Shown here: positions 1 through 8,065 of the stretch, one piece after another | Layout of the letters: every line of letters begins with the position of its first letter | Numbering within the stretch: position 1 is the stretch's first letter | From: an uncultured virus (IMG/VR IMGVR_UViG_3300009169_000018) | Taxonomy: Duplodnaviria > Heunggongvirae > Uroviricota > Caudoviricetes | Direction: 5' to 3' (one strand) | DNA: 20,000 nt | Virus record (IMG/VR): IMGVR_UViG_3300009169_000018 | Coordinates: 55,549-75,548 of that record | Program-made: the position numbers and the translations under genes | Notes under the pieces: model-generated | Told to the model about the DNA's origin: nothing | What the model saw: only the letters and a program-made list of their open reading frames with translations | The model's database searches: none

Positions 1-2
1 TC

Positions 3-668
3 GCATCGGGTGTCATCACCGAAGTCAACATTCTCAACGGTGGATCGGGCTATACCTATGCCGAAGTGGTGGTGAACGATCCTGACCAGTTGCCTACGGG
101 TAATCTAGCCAACCTAGTCGCATCCATTTCTCCTCCGGGTGGACACGGATTCAATCCTCGCAAGGAACTCGGATGTTACTCAGTCATGACCTCGGTTGAC
201 TTTGTGGGAACCGAGACTGACACGATCCCGGTTGGCACGGACGTAGTTCCGTTCGACTTCCGCCAGATTGTTCTGTTGCGCGACCCTATGCTCGCTAACG
301 GTATCTTTGCCAACGGCAGTGTGTATCGCACAACGACCAAACTGAGCCTGACGGACCCCGGTACATCCAACTACACCAACGACGAAACCGTGTACATCGG
401 AACGAGTGAGGAAGACTCCACGTTTACCGCAACGGTGGTCAATTGGGATCCTAATACGAATGAGTTGTTCGTCAACAACATTCGGGGCGAGCCGACCATC
501 GGATCTACCCTGACGGGTGGCGTTTCAGCCGCAACCTCGACCGTTCTTGGAGTCGAAGATCCTACCGTAGCCCTGTTTACGGGAGATCTCCTATATATTG
601 AGAACAGAGACAAAATCGTTCGCGATGCCGACCAGACCGAGCAAATCAGACTCGTTCTATCATTCTAA
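3..668 (+). CDS. gp8: T4-like baseplate wedge subunit gp8, C-terminal part (5'-truncated by the window edge)
   Basis: The frame is open from position 3 (ASGVITEVNILNGGSGYTYAEVVVNDP...), so the GTG at 66 is not the true start. Motifs ISPPGGHGFNPRKELG, DFRQIVLLRDP and the C-terminus GDLLYIENRDKIVRDADQTEQIRLVLSF match the gp8 ending I recall from T4-like/cyanophage homologues (GxxxYIxNRxxIxRxxxQxExIxLxxxF). It lies directly upstream of a VrlC-like gene. Confidence 0.85.
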   Translation, partial: ASGVITEVNILNGGSGYTYAEVVVNDPDQLPTGNLANLVASISPPGGHGFNPRKELGCYSVMTSVDFVGTETDTIPVGTDVVPFDFRQIVLLRDPMLANGIFANGSVYRTTTKLSLTDPGTSNYTNDETVYIGTSEEDSTFTATVVNWDPNTNELFVNNIRGEPTIGSTLTGGVSAATSTVLGVEDPTVALFTGDLLYIENRDKIVRDADQTEQIRLVLSF

Positions 669-679
669 GAGAGTAACCC

Positions 680-3600
680 ATGGAATTCAACGTAGATCCG
701 TACAATGACGACTTCGAACAGAACGCGAGAGATAACAACTATCTGAAGATCCTGTTCAAGCCGGGATTCTCGGTACAGGCTCGCGAACTGACTCAGATTC
801 AGTCGATCCTACAGAACCAGATCAAGGCATTTGGCGACCACATCTTTCAGGATGGCTCACCTGTCATCGGCGGAAACATTTCGCTCGACAACTCTGTTAC
901 GTACATCAAGCTAGATGAAACGTACAACAACGAAGACGTAGAACTCGACCTATTCGTAGGTCAGGTCATTCTGCGCGACTCCGACTCTCTGGTTCAAGCC
1001 AAGGTTCTAGCCTCGTACTTCCCTTCGGGCGGAACGCCTACCCTGATGGTCAAGTACATTTCGGGTGTGGACTTCTCGGACGGTGACGTATTCCGTGTCG
1101 CAGGCACCACAACCCGCGCAAAGCTGATCGACTCTTCCGCATCCGGCAAGGGTACGATTGCATCCATCAACGACGGTATCTTCTACGTTGACGGATATTT
1201 CGTCACCGTGACCCCTCAGACTGCGGTTGTCGCAGCCTACAGCCAGAACGCAAACGTAAAGATCGGTTTGGAAGTAACGGACGAAATCGTTGACTACGCG
1301 ATTGATGCCACGTTGCTTGACCCTGCGCAGGACTCCTTCAATTATCAGGCTCCCGGCGCAGATCGGTATCAGTTCGGGCTGACCCTCTCCACTCGTCCAC
1401 TCGACACCGCAGTTGACGAATCGAAATACTTCGAACTCATGCGCGTAGAGAACGGCGCAGTTACGAAGCAAGTCAAGTACGCAATCTACTCTGAAATCGA
1501 AAAGACGCTCGCACGTAGAACATTTGACGAATCGGGTGACTACACGGTTGTCCCATTCCGCGCATCGGTAGGTCCGTCGCAGGATGCCAACAACTACATC
1601 ATCAACCTTGAGCCGGGAAAGGCTTACGTCAAGGGATTTGAGTTTGAAACCATCGGTACGGTCAAGATGGAAGTCCAGAAGCCTCGCACGGACGGCATCG
1701 ACACTCGTTCGCTTGTGGACATTGACTTCGATACCTCTTACGGCAATTACCTCAAGTTCAAGAACGTCTACGGCTCCAATGCCGCATCGTTCATCAATAC
1801 GACCACGTATGACACGGTAGACCTTCACTGCACGCACGCAGGCAACGTCCATATCGGCAACGCAAACCGCTACGCCAACACGAAGATCGGTACAGCCAAG
1901 ATTCGTGCCATCCGCCGCGACATTCCCGCACAGGACGGTGTAGCCAATGTAGACACCAACGGTGTGTTTGACTTCTACTTCACCGACATGCGCATTCAGC
2001 CTAGAGTGCTTGTGTTGGAAGATGGATCAACCTCGACCACACTCAAGTTCCCTGATGACGCGAGCGTGCGCGAGAACGCATATCAGAACACCACGATTAC
2101 GGTTCTGCCGATTTCGTTGACTCCGTTCAGCACGGTCAACACAGCCAACGTCTACATGAACTCCACTCGCGTCAACGCAGAGTCTTCCCTTGCATCAATT
2201 CAGGTTGGACAGATCATTCGCGTTGCCGACGAAGTTCGCCAAGTCGTCAATGTATCCACCAACCACCTATTCGTCAACTCCGCGTTCACGAAGACAGTCA
2301 TCGGCGGCACACCAAACGCAAACGTCCAGATTCTTCTACAGAACACATACTCTTCGAACGTCACTAACCAGACTCGTAAGATCGTATCCTACGTGGGAGG
2401 CACTCAGACTGCTACCCTCGACCGAGCATTCGATGAAGGCGCGGTTCCTGCGAACAACACCGTCATTCAGTTGAACTTCGGCGTGGGTGATCTTGAGTCT
2501 TGGGTCAAGCCAAACGCAACGTTCGGTGCAGCCAATGCATCCGCAAACATTGCCGTACAGTCCACATTGCTCGACGGTTCCACAGAACTCTTTGAGCCAT
2601 CCGACAAGCGATTGATCTATCCTCTACCTCAGAACACGATCAAGCGTGGCTCGCTCAACAACGTAGACTACAACTCTTGGAAGTATGTACAGGCAACCGG
2701 TGCTGCCGGTGTCTTCACGCTGTCTCTGGAAGCCTACGAGTCGATTCCTTGGAGCATCACTAACTCTAATCTGGAAGACAACCTGATCGTCATCGTCCGC
2801 GAAGCATCGGGAACCTACGCAAATGGCACGGTCCTCAAGCTCAATACGGGCGAAGTCACTACGGGCATCGGAAGCCTTGTGGTCACGCTGCCTGCTACTA
2901 TCGGCAAGATCGACGCATACCTGATCGTCAAGCAGAACGATGCCGAAGATCGTAAGCGCACGAAGACTTTCCGTAGCAATCCTCTAATCACTACGGGACC
3001 GTTTAATGTTCCTACCGATACGGATGTTAACAACGAGCATACCGTAAACGTTCCTAACGTCGGCAACGTGGCTAAGATCAACGTAGCCAACGGGCTGATC
3101 TTCATCATCGAACCATCGGTCACGAACGTCTTCCCCGGCGACTCCATCAGTCTCTATGTTCCCGACGTAGTGAACATCCGTGCCATCCTCAAGGGTAACA
3201 CCACCCATGTTGCAGATGCAACAAATTATGAGGATATCACCGACCACTTCGCAATCGACCTCGGACAGACGGAAGAAGTCTACGAACACGCCAAGATCAC
3301 GCTAAAGAGTGGATACCCTTCCCCTAATGCGCGTCTGACGATTCACTGTGACTTCTACGACCACACGTATCCCGCAGGCGCAACCTACTTCTCGGTAGAC
3401 TCGTATGATCAGACCATCTACGAAGCCGGTCAGATTCCTATCTACTTCTCCGAAGTGACGGGAACCTACTTCCTGCGTGACTGCTTGGACTTCCGTGCGA
3501 CCCGTCGCATCGGTACCGCTGCCGGAACGCTCGACACTGGCATTCTGCCGGATCCTAACTCCGCAACGGAACTGAGCTTCAACTACTATCTCCCTCGCAT

Positions 3601-4672
3601 CGACAAGCTTGTTCTCTCCAAGAACAAGGAGTTCCGTGTGATCAAGGGCGTGTCGTCGCCTGCTCCAATTCCACCGGATGACTCCGAAGACGCAATGACG
3701 CTCTACAACATCTACCTTGCACCATTCTGTGCGTCCACGGAAGATATTCGCCTGCGTTACGTCGAGAACCGTCGCTACACCATGAAGGATATCTCGCGCA
3801 TTGACAAGCGTGTTCAGTCTCTTGAATACTACACTTCGCTGAACAACATTGAAGGGTTGGCACTCGCTGACCCATCCAAGTACGCAGACGGTACGGACAA
3901 GACGAAGTACGGTATCATCGGTGAAGGCTTCAAGAACTTCAACATTGCTGACTACAAGGATCCTGACTTCAACTGCTCCATGGAAGAGGGTGAAATGGGT
4001 CCATACGTGGGCAACATGCCATTCTCGCTCAATGCATTGACTCTAACGGGTCTTAGACAGAATGATCGTACCGTGACCCTCGACTTCACCGAAGAGGAAA
4101 TGCTTGCGCAGCCAGTGACTAGCAACAAGCTTGTCTCCGTGCAGCCGTTCCTGTTCGCTCAGTTCATGGGTGACATGAAGCTTTCGCCTGAAATGGACTT
4201 TTGGGTATCCGAAGAACTCAAGCCTGATGTGCTACGCGCACCAGAGATTGACGACCGTGTACGTGAAATCTACAACTCCGAGCGTGCGGCTGAAAGAGCG
4301 CGGGAACCGGCAGCACAAGCCCAAGTTCCTACACCTACGGTTGACGCGGGTTCGATTATCTCCACGGTTCCGGGTACCAACCCACCGGCTGCGAATACGT
4401 TCTGGAACGTTCCTGTGACTGTACCTACCGCGCCGCCATTGGTTCCTTCTCTTGCATTCCAGCTAATTACAGCAGCGAACGTGAAGAAGAACAAGAAGCG
4501 CAGTCTGTTTGACAACATCAAGCTGCTCTTCCCTGTGGTCAAGAACACGGCACCGGCACCAATTCCGCCTGCACCAAGCTCTTCGCTACCTGTTTACACT
4601 TCGCCAATTCGCATTAGCGGTGGTGGCGGCGGTGGATTCAAGGGCGGAATGACCCAAGTGAATATGGTCTAA
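680..4672 (+). CDS. Large baseplate/tail structural protein, VrlC-like/DUF4815 family (N-terminal half)
   Basis: 1330-aa ORF. The N-terminus FNVDPYNDDF...YLKILFKPGFSVQARELTQIQSILQNQI..FGDHIF.DG, plus APGADRYQ, LARRTFDESGDYTV, PGKAYVKGFE, YYLPRIDKLVL and NRRYTMKDISRIDKRVQSLEYYTSL, are characteristic of the VrlC-like virion protein of T4-like environmental myophages. It ends in a Pro-rich low-complexity tail. Confidence 0.85.
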   Translation: MEFNVDPYNDDFEQNARDNNYLKILFKPGFSVQARELTQIQSILQNQIKAFGDHIFQDGSPVIGGNISLDNSVTYIKLDETYNNEDVELDLFVGQVILRDSDSLVQAKVLASYFPSGGTPTLMVKYISGVDFSDGDVFRVAGTTTRAKLIDSSASGKGTIASINDGIFYVDGYFVTVTPQTAVVAAYSQNANVKIGLEVTDEIVDYAIDATLLDPAQDSFNYQAPGADRYQFGLTLSTRPLDTAVDESKYFELMRVENGAVTKQVKYAIYSEIEKTLARRTFDESGDYTVVPFRASVGPSQDANNYIINLEPGKAYVKGFEFETIGTVKMEVQKPRTDGIDTRSLVDIDFDTSYGNYLKFKNVYGSNAASFINTTTYDTVDLHCTHAGNVHIGNANRYANTKIGTAKIRAIRRDIPAQDGVANVDTNGVFDFYFTDMRIQPRVLVLEDGSTSTTLKFPDDASVRENAYQNTTITVLPISLTPFSTVNTANVYMNSTRVNAESSLASIQVGQIIRVADEVRQVVNVSTNHLFVNSAFTKTVIGGTPNANVQILLQNTYSSNVTNQTRKIVSYVGGTQTATLDRAFDEGAVPANNTVIQLNFGVGDLESWVKPNATFGAANASANIAVQSTLLDGSTELFEPSDKRLIYPLPQNTIKRGSLNNVDYNSWKYVQATGAAGVFTLSLEAYESIPWSITNSNLEDNLIVIVREASGTYANGTVLKLNTGEVTTGIGSLVVTLPATIGKIDAYLIVKQNDAEDRKRTKTFRSNPLITTGPFNVPTDTDVNNEHTVNVPNVGNVAKINVANGLIFIIEPSVTNVFPGDSISLYVPDVVNIRAILKGNTTHVADATNYEDITDHFAIDLGQTEEVYEHAKITLKSGYPSPNARLTIHCDFYDHTYPAGATYFSVDSYDQTIYEAGQIPIYFSEVTGTYFLRDCLDFRATRRIGTAAGTLDTGILPDPNSATELSFNYYLPRIDKLVLSKNKEFRVIKGVSSPAPIPPDDSEDAMTLYNIYLAPFCASTEDIRLRYVENRRYTMKDISRIDKRVQSLEYYTSLNNIEGLALADPSKYADGTDKTKYGIIGEGFKNFNIADYKDPDFNCSMEEGEMGPYVGNMPFSLNALTLTGLRQNDRTVTLDFTEEEMLAQPVTSNKLVSVQPFLFAQFMGDMKLSPEMDFWVSEELKPDVLRAPEIDDRVREIYNSERAAERAREPAAQAQVPTPTVDAGSIISTVPGTNPPAANTFWNVPVTVPTAPPLVPSLAFQLITAANVKKNKKRSLFDNIKLLFPVVKNTAPAPIPPAPSSSLPVYTSPIRISGGGGGGFKGGMTQVNMV

Positions 4673-4675
4673 ATA
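4669..4675 (+). promoter_or_regulatory. T4-type late promoter-like motif CTAAATA
   Basis: CTAAATA overlaps the TAA stop of 680-4672 and begins 35 nt before the ATG at 4704. It resembles the T4 gp55 late promoter TATAAATA and recurs before four other genes. Confidence 0.7.
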
Positions 4676-4703
4676 GATGATCAACGAACAAGGTATTCTC
4701 TAA

Positions 4704-7700
4704 ATGGCTGACCAAACCCAAGCAACAGTAGTAGGCGAATCCACCCTGATTCCGTACATGCGGAGACAGGACGTTGCGTTCGATGCAAACAACCTTCGCC
4801 CTCAGAAGTTGGCTCGACTATTCGTAGATGAAATCGCAATGAATGGCTTCTCGCAGAAGGGCAACAAGATTGTCCTCAACTCCGAGAAGGTTCTGACTGT
4901 TGTTGCTAACTCGGCTTACACTGTTCAAGCCGGGGACTGGCTCTATCAGGGATCGTCCAACGCATCCCCTACCTTCTCAGCCAACCTCAAGTCCTACGTG
5001 TCTGGAACGGGTACGCTGATCATCAATGGAATGAGCGGTAATTTCGATAGTTCAGCCAAGATTTACATCGAAAAGATCAATGGCATCACTACGTTCGAAG
5101 CGACGGTATCCAAGGAAGTCAACTCTAATACGTCTGACATTTTCGTGATGAACGAAGGTCTGATCAACGCGAACACTCGCACCTTCATGAAGTGCATCGG
5201 CTCGTCGGGTGAGAACATCCTGTATGTGTCGCAGAACTTTGTCAACATCAACGTTGCGGTCATCGGCGCAAACTCCATTGCCGCAACCACGTTCGGCGTA
5301 GGTGATCTTGTCTATCAGGCAGCTTCCGGTAGCATGTTCGATACGTCCACGTTCACTGCTAAGGTCGAATACTACGATTCATCCACCGGTTCGCTAGCAC
5401 TCACTCCGTTATCCGGCACGATCAACATTGCCGCATCCCCTACTCAGACCTCGACTCTCTGGAACTCGTCTAACACTTCTTCCAAGGGTATGCGCGTCGG
5501 CGGCTACAAGCAGATCGACATTGCGACCAACAACCGTATCGCGTCTGTCACTACCGCATCCAAGAACGTGTCGGTTGTCACGTATACGCATCACTCTGGC
5601 GCAATCGCAAACGTGGCTGCGAGCCTATCCGAGATTCACCTGAATGCGCTCGCTAACACGGTCGCAGTCGGTAACGTGATCTATCTGACCGCAGGCACAG
5701 GCTTGGGGCAGTTCCGTCGCATCACATCTATCAGTGGCAAGACCGTCACACTACATGCCGACCTGAGTGTTCGCCCTACTTCTAATACCAAATACTCTAT
5801 CGGCAACCACATTGTCGATGAGAATGGATGCCTCAACGGTATCGTCAACATTCCGGAAGAGCCTAACTTCAAGTTCAAGACCGGCGAGCGTCTGATTACA
5901 ATCACCGACGTTGACTACCTTGAGTCTGATGACTACACGATGAAGGCTTCCGCACGGTTTGCCTCGGGTGGTCTGCGCAACTCCATGCAGCGTATCAACC
6001 TTACGCCTATCATGCGTCCATTGCCAGAAGTTCCTGCGGCAATTCCGGTTGTTCCGCCTCCACCAACTTCGCGTCCGATTGCGCCTGCGCCACCGGCTCC
6101 ACCAGTTCCACCTACGCGCCCTGCACCAGTCCGTCCACAGAATCGTGGTAAGGATCCTGTTGCTCAGACCTTCTGGACTCCAAAGCCAGATACCAACAAG
6201 GTTTCGTATGGCGTGTTCGTGACTTCCGTAGACCTGTTCTTCGGTGCCAAGCCATCGGTCGCTCGCGGATCGTTGCAGCTTCCTATTCAGGTCAAGATTG
6301 CCGAAGTCGTCAACGGCTTCCCAACTCAGAACTACCTTGCCGAAGCTACGGTCAAGTGTAAGGACGTAAAGGTTTCCTTCTCTCCTTCGCTAGAGGATCC
6401 AGACACGATCACGAAGTTCACCTTCCGTGATCCTATCTACCTACAGCCAGACACCGAATATGCTCTGATCGTTATCTCCGATTCTCCGGAATACGAAGTC
6501 TATATCGCAGAACTCGGCGGCAACGTGCTAGGCGCAGATCCTCCTCAGAGAATCTCGGAACAGCCATATGCAGGCTCGTTCTTCCGCTCGCAGAACTCTT
6601 CGACTTGGACTCCATACCAGAACGAAGACCTCATGTTCCGCATCAACAAGGCTCGCTTCTCTGGATCGGGTTCGGCATCGTTCAACCTCAAGAACGTGCC
6701 TGACTTCGACATGAACGTAGACCGTATGTTCATCAACGCAGACAAGCTCACGTTCCCTGTCTCGGCAATTGATTTCAAGGTCAAGGGTGTCTTCAAGTCC
6801 AACTCCGCGTTCGACAACTACACCAACATCAAGCCACAAGAAATCTTCAAGTATGGCGACCTGATGGACTCTTCCAACAAGGAAACATCGGGAAGCTTCA
6901 ACAATGCTCGTAAGTTGATGACCGGCAATGCCAACTCGGTACAGATCCTCACGGAACTGGTTACGACGGACCCTGACGTATCGCCAGTGTTCAACATGGA
7001 AACGCTCGCAGTCGTACCGGCTGACCATGATATCAACAATGCCGGTGTCTCCAACACCATCATTTCGATCACGAATCCCGGCGCAGGCTACAACGCAGTC
7101 ATTTCTGCCGCAGATCACACAGCATCCAATCTGGTCATTCGGGGCAGTGACAGCAACAGCATGAACAATGCCGCGCAGTTGTTCCGTGAGACTTATCTGG
7201 CTAACAACTTCAACATCGGCTTCTACAACGTTCGCGTGGATACGGATGGCTATGGTTCGGGTGCAGCAGGCTTCGCAGTGGCAAACACCACCGGATCCAA
7301 CACCGTCGATTACATCGTCATCACTTCCGAAGGTTCGGGCTACCTCAAGACTCCTGTTCTGGATATATCCAACGGCAACGCAGCATCGGGTGTCATTCGG
7401 GCATCGGCTGTCGCGCAGGGTGAAAACGGATCGCGTGGTGGTAACATGGCTTGCCGTTACATCACCCGCCAGATTGCTCTGGAAGATGGCTTCGAAGCAG
7501 GCGACCTCCGCGTGTTCATGGATGCCGTCCGTCCTAACGGCACCGATATCCATGTCTACTACAAGGTTCTAGGATCCGAAGATCCCGGTCGCTTCTCCGA
7601 CAAGTCTTGGGTGCTGATGCACAAGGTCAAGGATACGAAGTCGAAGGATGCCCGTCAGGTCATTGAGCTTCAATTCCGTCCAGACCTTCTTGAGAATGAA

Positions 7701-7844
7701 CTCAAGTACACCGAGAACGGTCAGCAGTACCCAATCGGCGGCAAGTTCAAATACTTCGCAGTCAAGGTCTGCCTCACCGCAGTCGATACCTCCATTGCGC
7801 CATGGATTCAGAACTTGAGAATCACGGCAACGCCAGAAGGCTAA
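4704..7844 (+). CDS. Baseplate/tail structural protein corresponding to the C-terminal half of VrlC-like proteins
   Basis: 1046-aa ORF. Motifs IPYMRRQDV.F....LRP, FKTGER...ITD, DPVAQTF, GVFVTSVDLFF, EQPYAGSFFRSQNSSTWTPYQNEDLMF, YITRQIAL..., DIHVYYK and FKYFAVKVCL....P.IQNLRITA are ones I recall from the distal part of VrlC-like phage structural proteins. It has GAGY/GSGY beta modules and a Pro-rich linker at about 6005-6160. Confidence 0.8.
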   Translation: MADQTQATVVGESTLIPYMRRQDVAFDANNLRPQKLARLFVDEIAMNGFSQKGNKIVLNSEKVLTVVANSAYTVQAGDWLYQGSSNASPTFSANLKSYVSGTGTLIINGMSGNFDSSAKIYIEKINGITTFEATVSKEVNSNTSDIFVMNEGLINANTRTFMKCIGSSGENILYVSQNFVNINVAVIGANSIAATTFGVGDLVYQAASGSMFDTSTFTAKVEYYDSSTGSLALTPLSGTINIAASPTQTSTLWNSSNTSSKGMRVGGYKQIDIATNNRIASVTTASKNVSVVTYTHHSGAIANVAASLSEIHLNALANTVAVGNVIYLTAGTGLGQFRRITSISGKTVTLHADLSVRPTSNTKYSIGNHIVDENGCLNGIVNIPEEPNFKFKTGERLITITDVDYLESDDYTMKASARFASGGLRNSMQRINLTPIMRPLPEVPAAIPVVPPPPTSRPIAPAPPAPPVPPTRPAPVRPQNRGKDPVAQTFWTPKPDTNKVSYGVFVTSVDLFFGAKPSVARGSLQLPIQVKIAEVVNGFPTQNYLAEATVKCKDVKVSFSPSLEDPDTITKFTFRDPIYLQPDTEYALIVISDSPEYEVYIAELGGNVLGADPPQRISEQPYAGSFFRSQNSSTWTPYQNEDLMFRINKARFSGSGSASFNLKNVPDFDMNVDRMFINADKLTFPVSAIDFKVKGVFKSNSAFDNYTNIKPQEIFKYGDLMDSSNKETSGSFNNARKLMTGNANSVQILTELVTTDPDVSPVFNMETLAVVPADHDINNAGVSNTIISITNPGAGYNAVISAADHTASNLVIRGSDSNSMNNAAQLFRETYLANNFNIGFYNVRVDTDGYGSGAAGFAVANTTGSNTVDYIVITSEGSGYLKTPVLDISNGNAASGVIRASAVAQGENGSRGGNMACRYITRQIALEDGFEAGDLRVFMDAVRPNGTDIHVYYKVLGSEDPGRFSDKSWVLMHKVKDTKSKDARQVIELQFRPDLLENELKYTENGQQYPIGGKFKYFAVKVCLTAVDTSIAPWIQNLRITATPEG

Positions 7845-7849
7845 GACCA

Positions 7850-8062
7850 ATGAGAATGAAAGTACGAGAGAATGAGCGTCTGGTTCGGGAATCGTCCAAC
7901 TTCGCCATTCTGAACACCGACAGATCCGCGCTCTCTTCTCATGATCAGAAGATGGCACGGCTTCGCCGGGATCAGGCTCATGAAGAGGAACTAAATAATA
8001 TCAAGCGCGATGTGACAGAAATCAAAGACCTGTTGCAACAACTTCTACAACAGAGTAAGTAA
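7850..8062 (+). CDS. Small conserved T4-like phage protein with C-terminal coiled coil (about 70 aa)
   Basis: The ATG at 7850 (or 7856) follows the 7844 stop. The pattern KVRENERLVRESSNFAILNTD...ELNNIKRDVTEIKDLLQQLL matches the small gene I recall between VrlC-like and fibre genes in cyanophage-type myoviruses. The C-terminus has heptad periodicity. Confidence 0.75.
   Translation: MRMKVRENERLVRESSNFAILNTDRSALSSHDQKMARLRRDQAHEEELNNIKRDVTEIKDLLQQLLQQSK
7991..7997 (+). promoter_or_regulatory. T4-type late promoter-like motif CTAAATA (inside the small ORF, upstream of the fibre gene at 8066)
   Basis: CTAAATA begins 75 nt before the ATG at 8066 and is identical to four other gene-proximal copies. 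Confidence 0.6.
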
Positions 8063-8065
8063 CCC

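Noticed and set aside
4660..4712. Programmed frameshift or readthrough fusing 680-4672 to 4704-7844
   Set aside because: The downstream frame has a TAA directly before its ATG, readthrough of the upstream stop reaches TGA at 4709-4711, and there is no obvious slippery site.
7802..7849. ORF-track start at 7802 for the small protein
   Set aside because: It would overlap the preceding gene by 43 nt. The ATG at 7850/7856 just after the stop fits the recognisable KV..N..LVR motif better.
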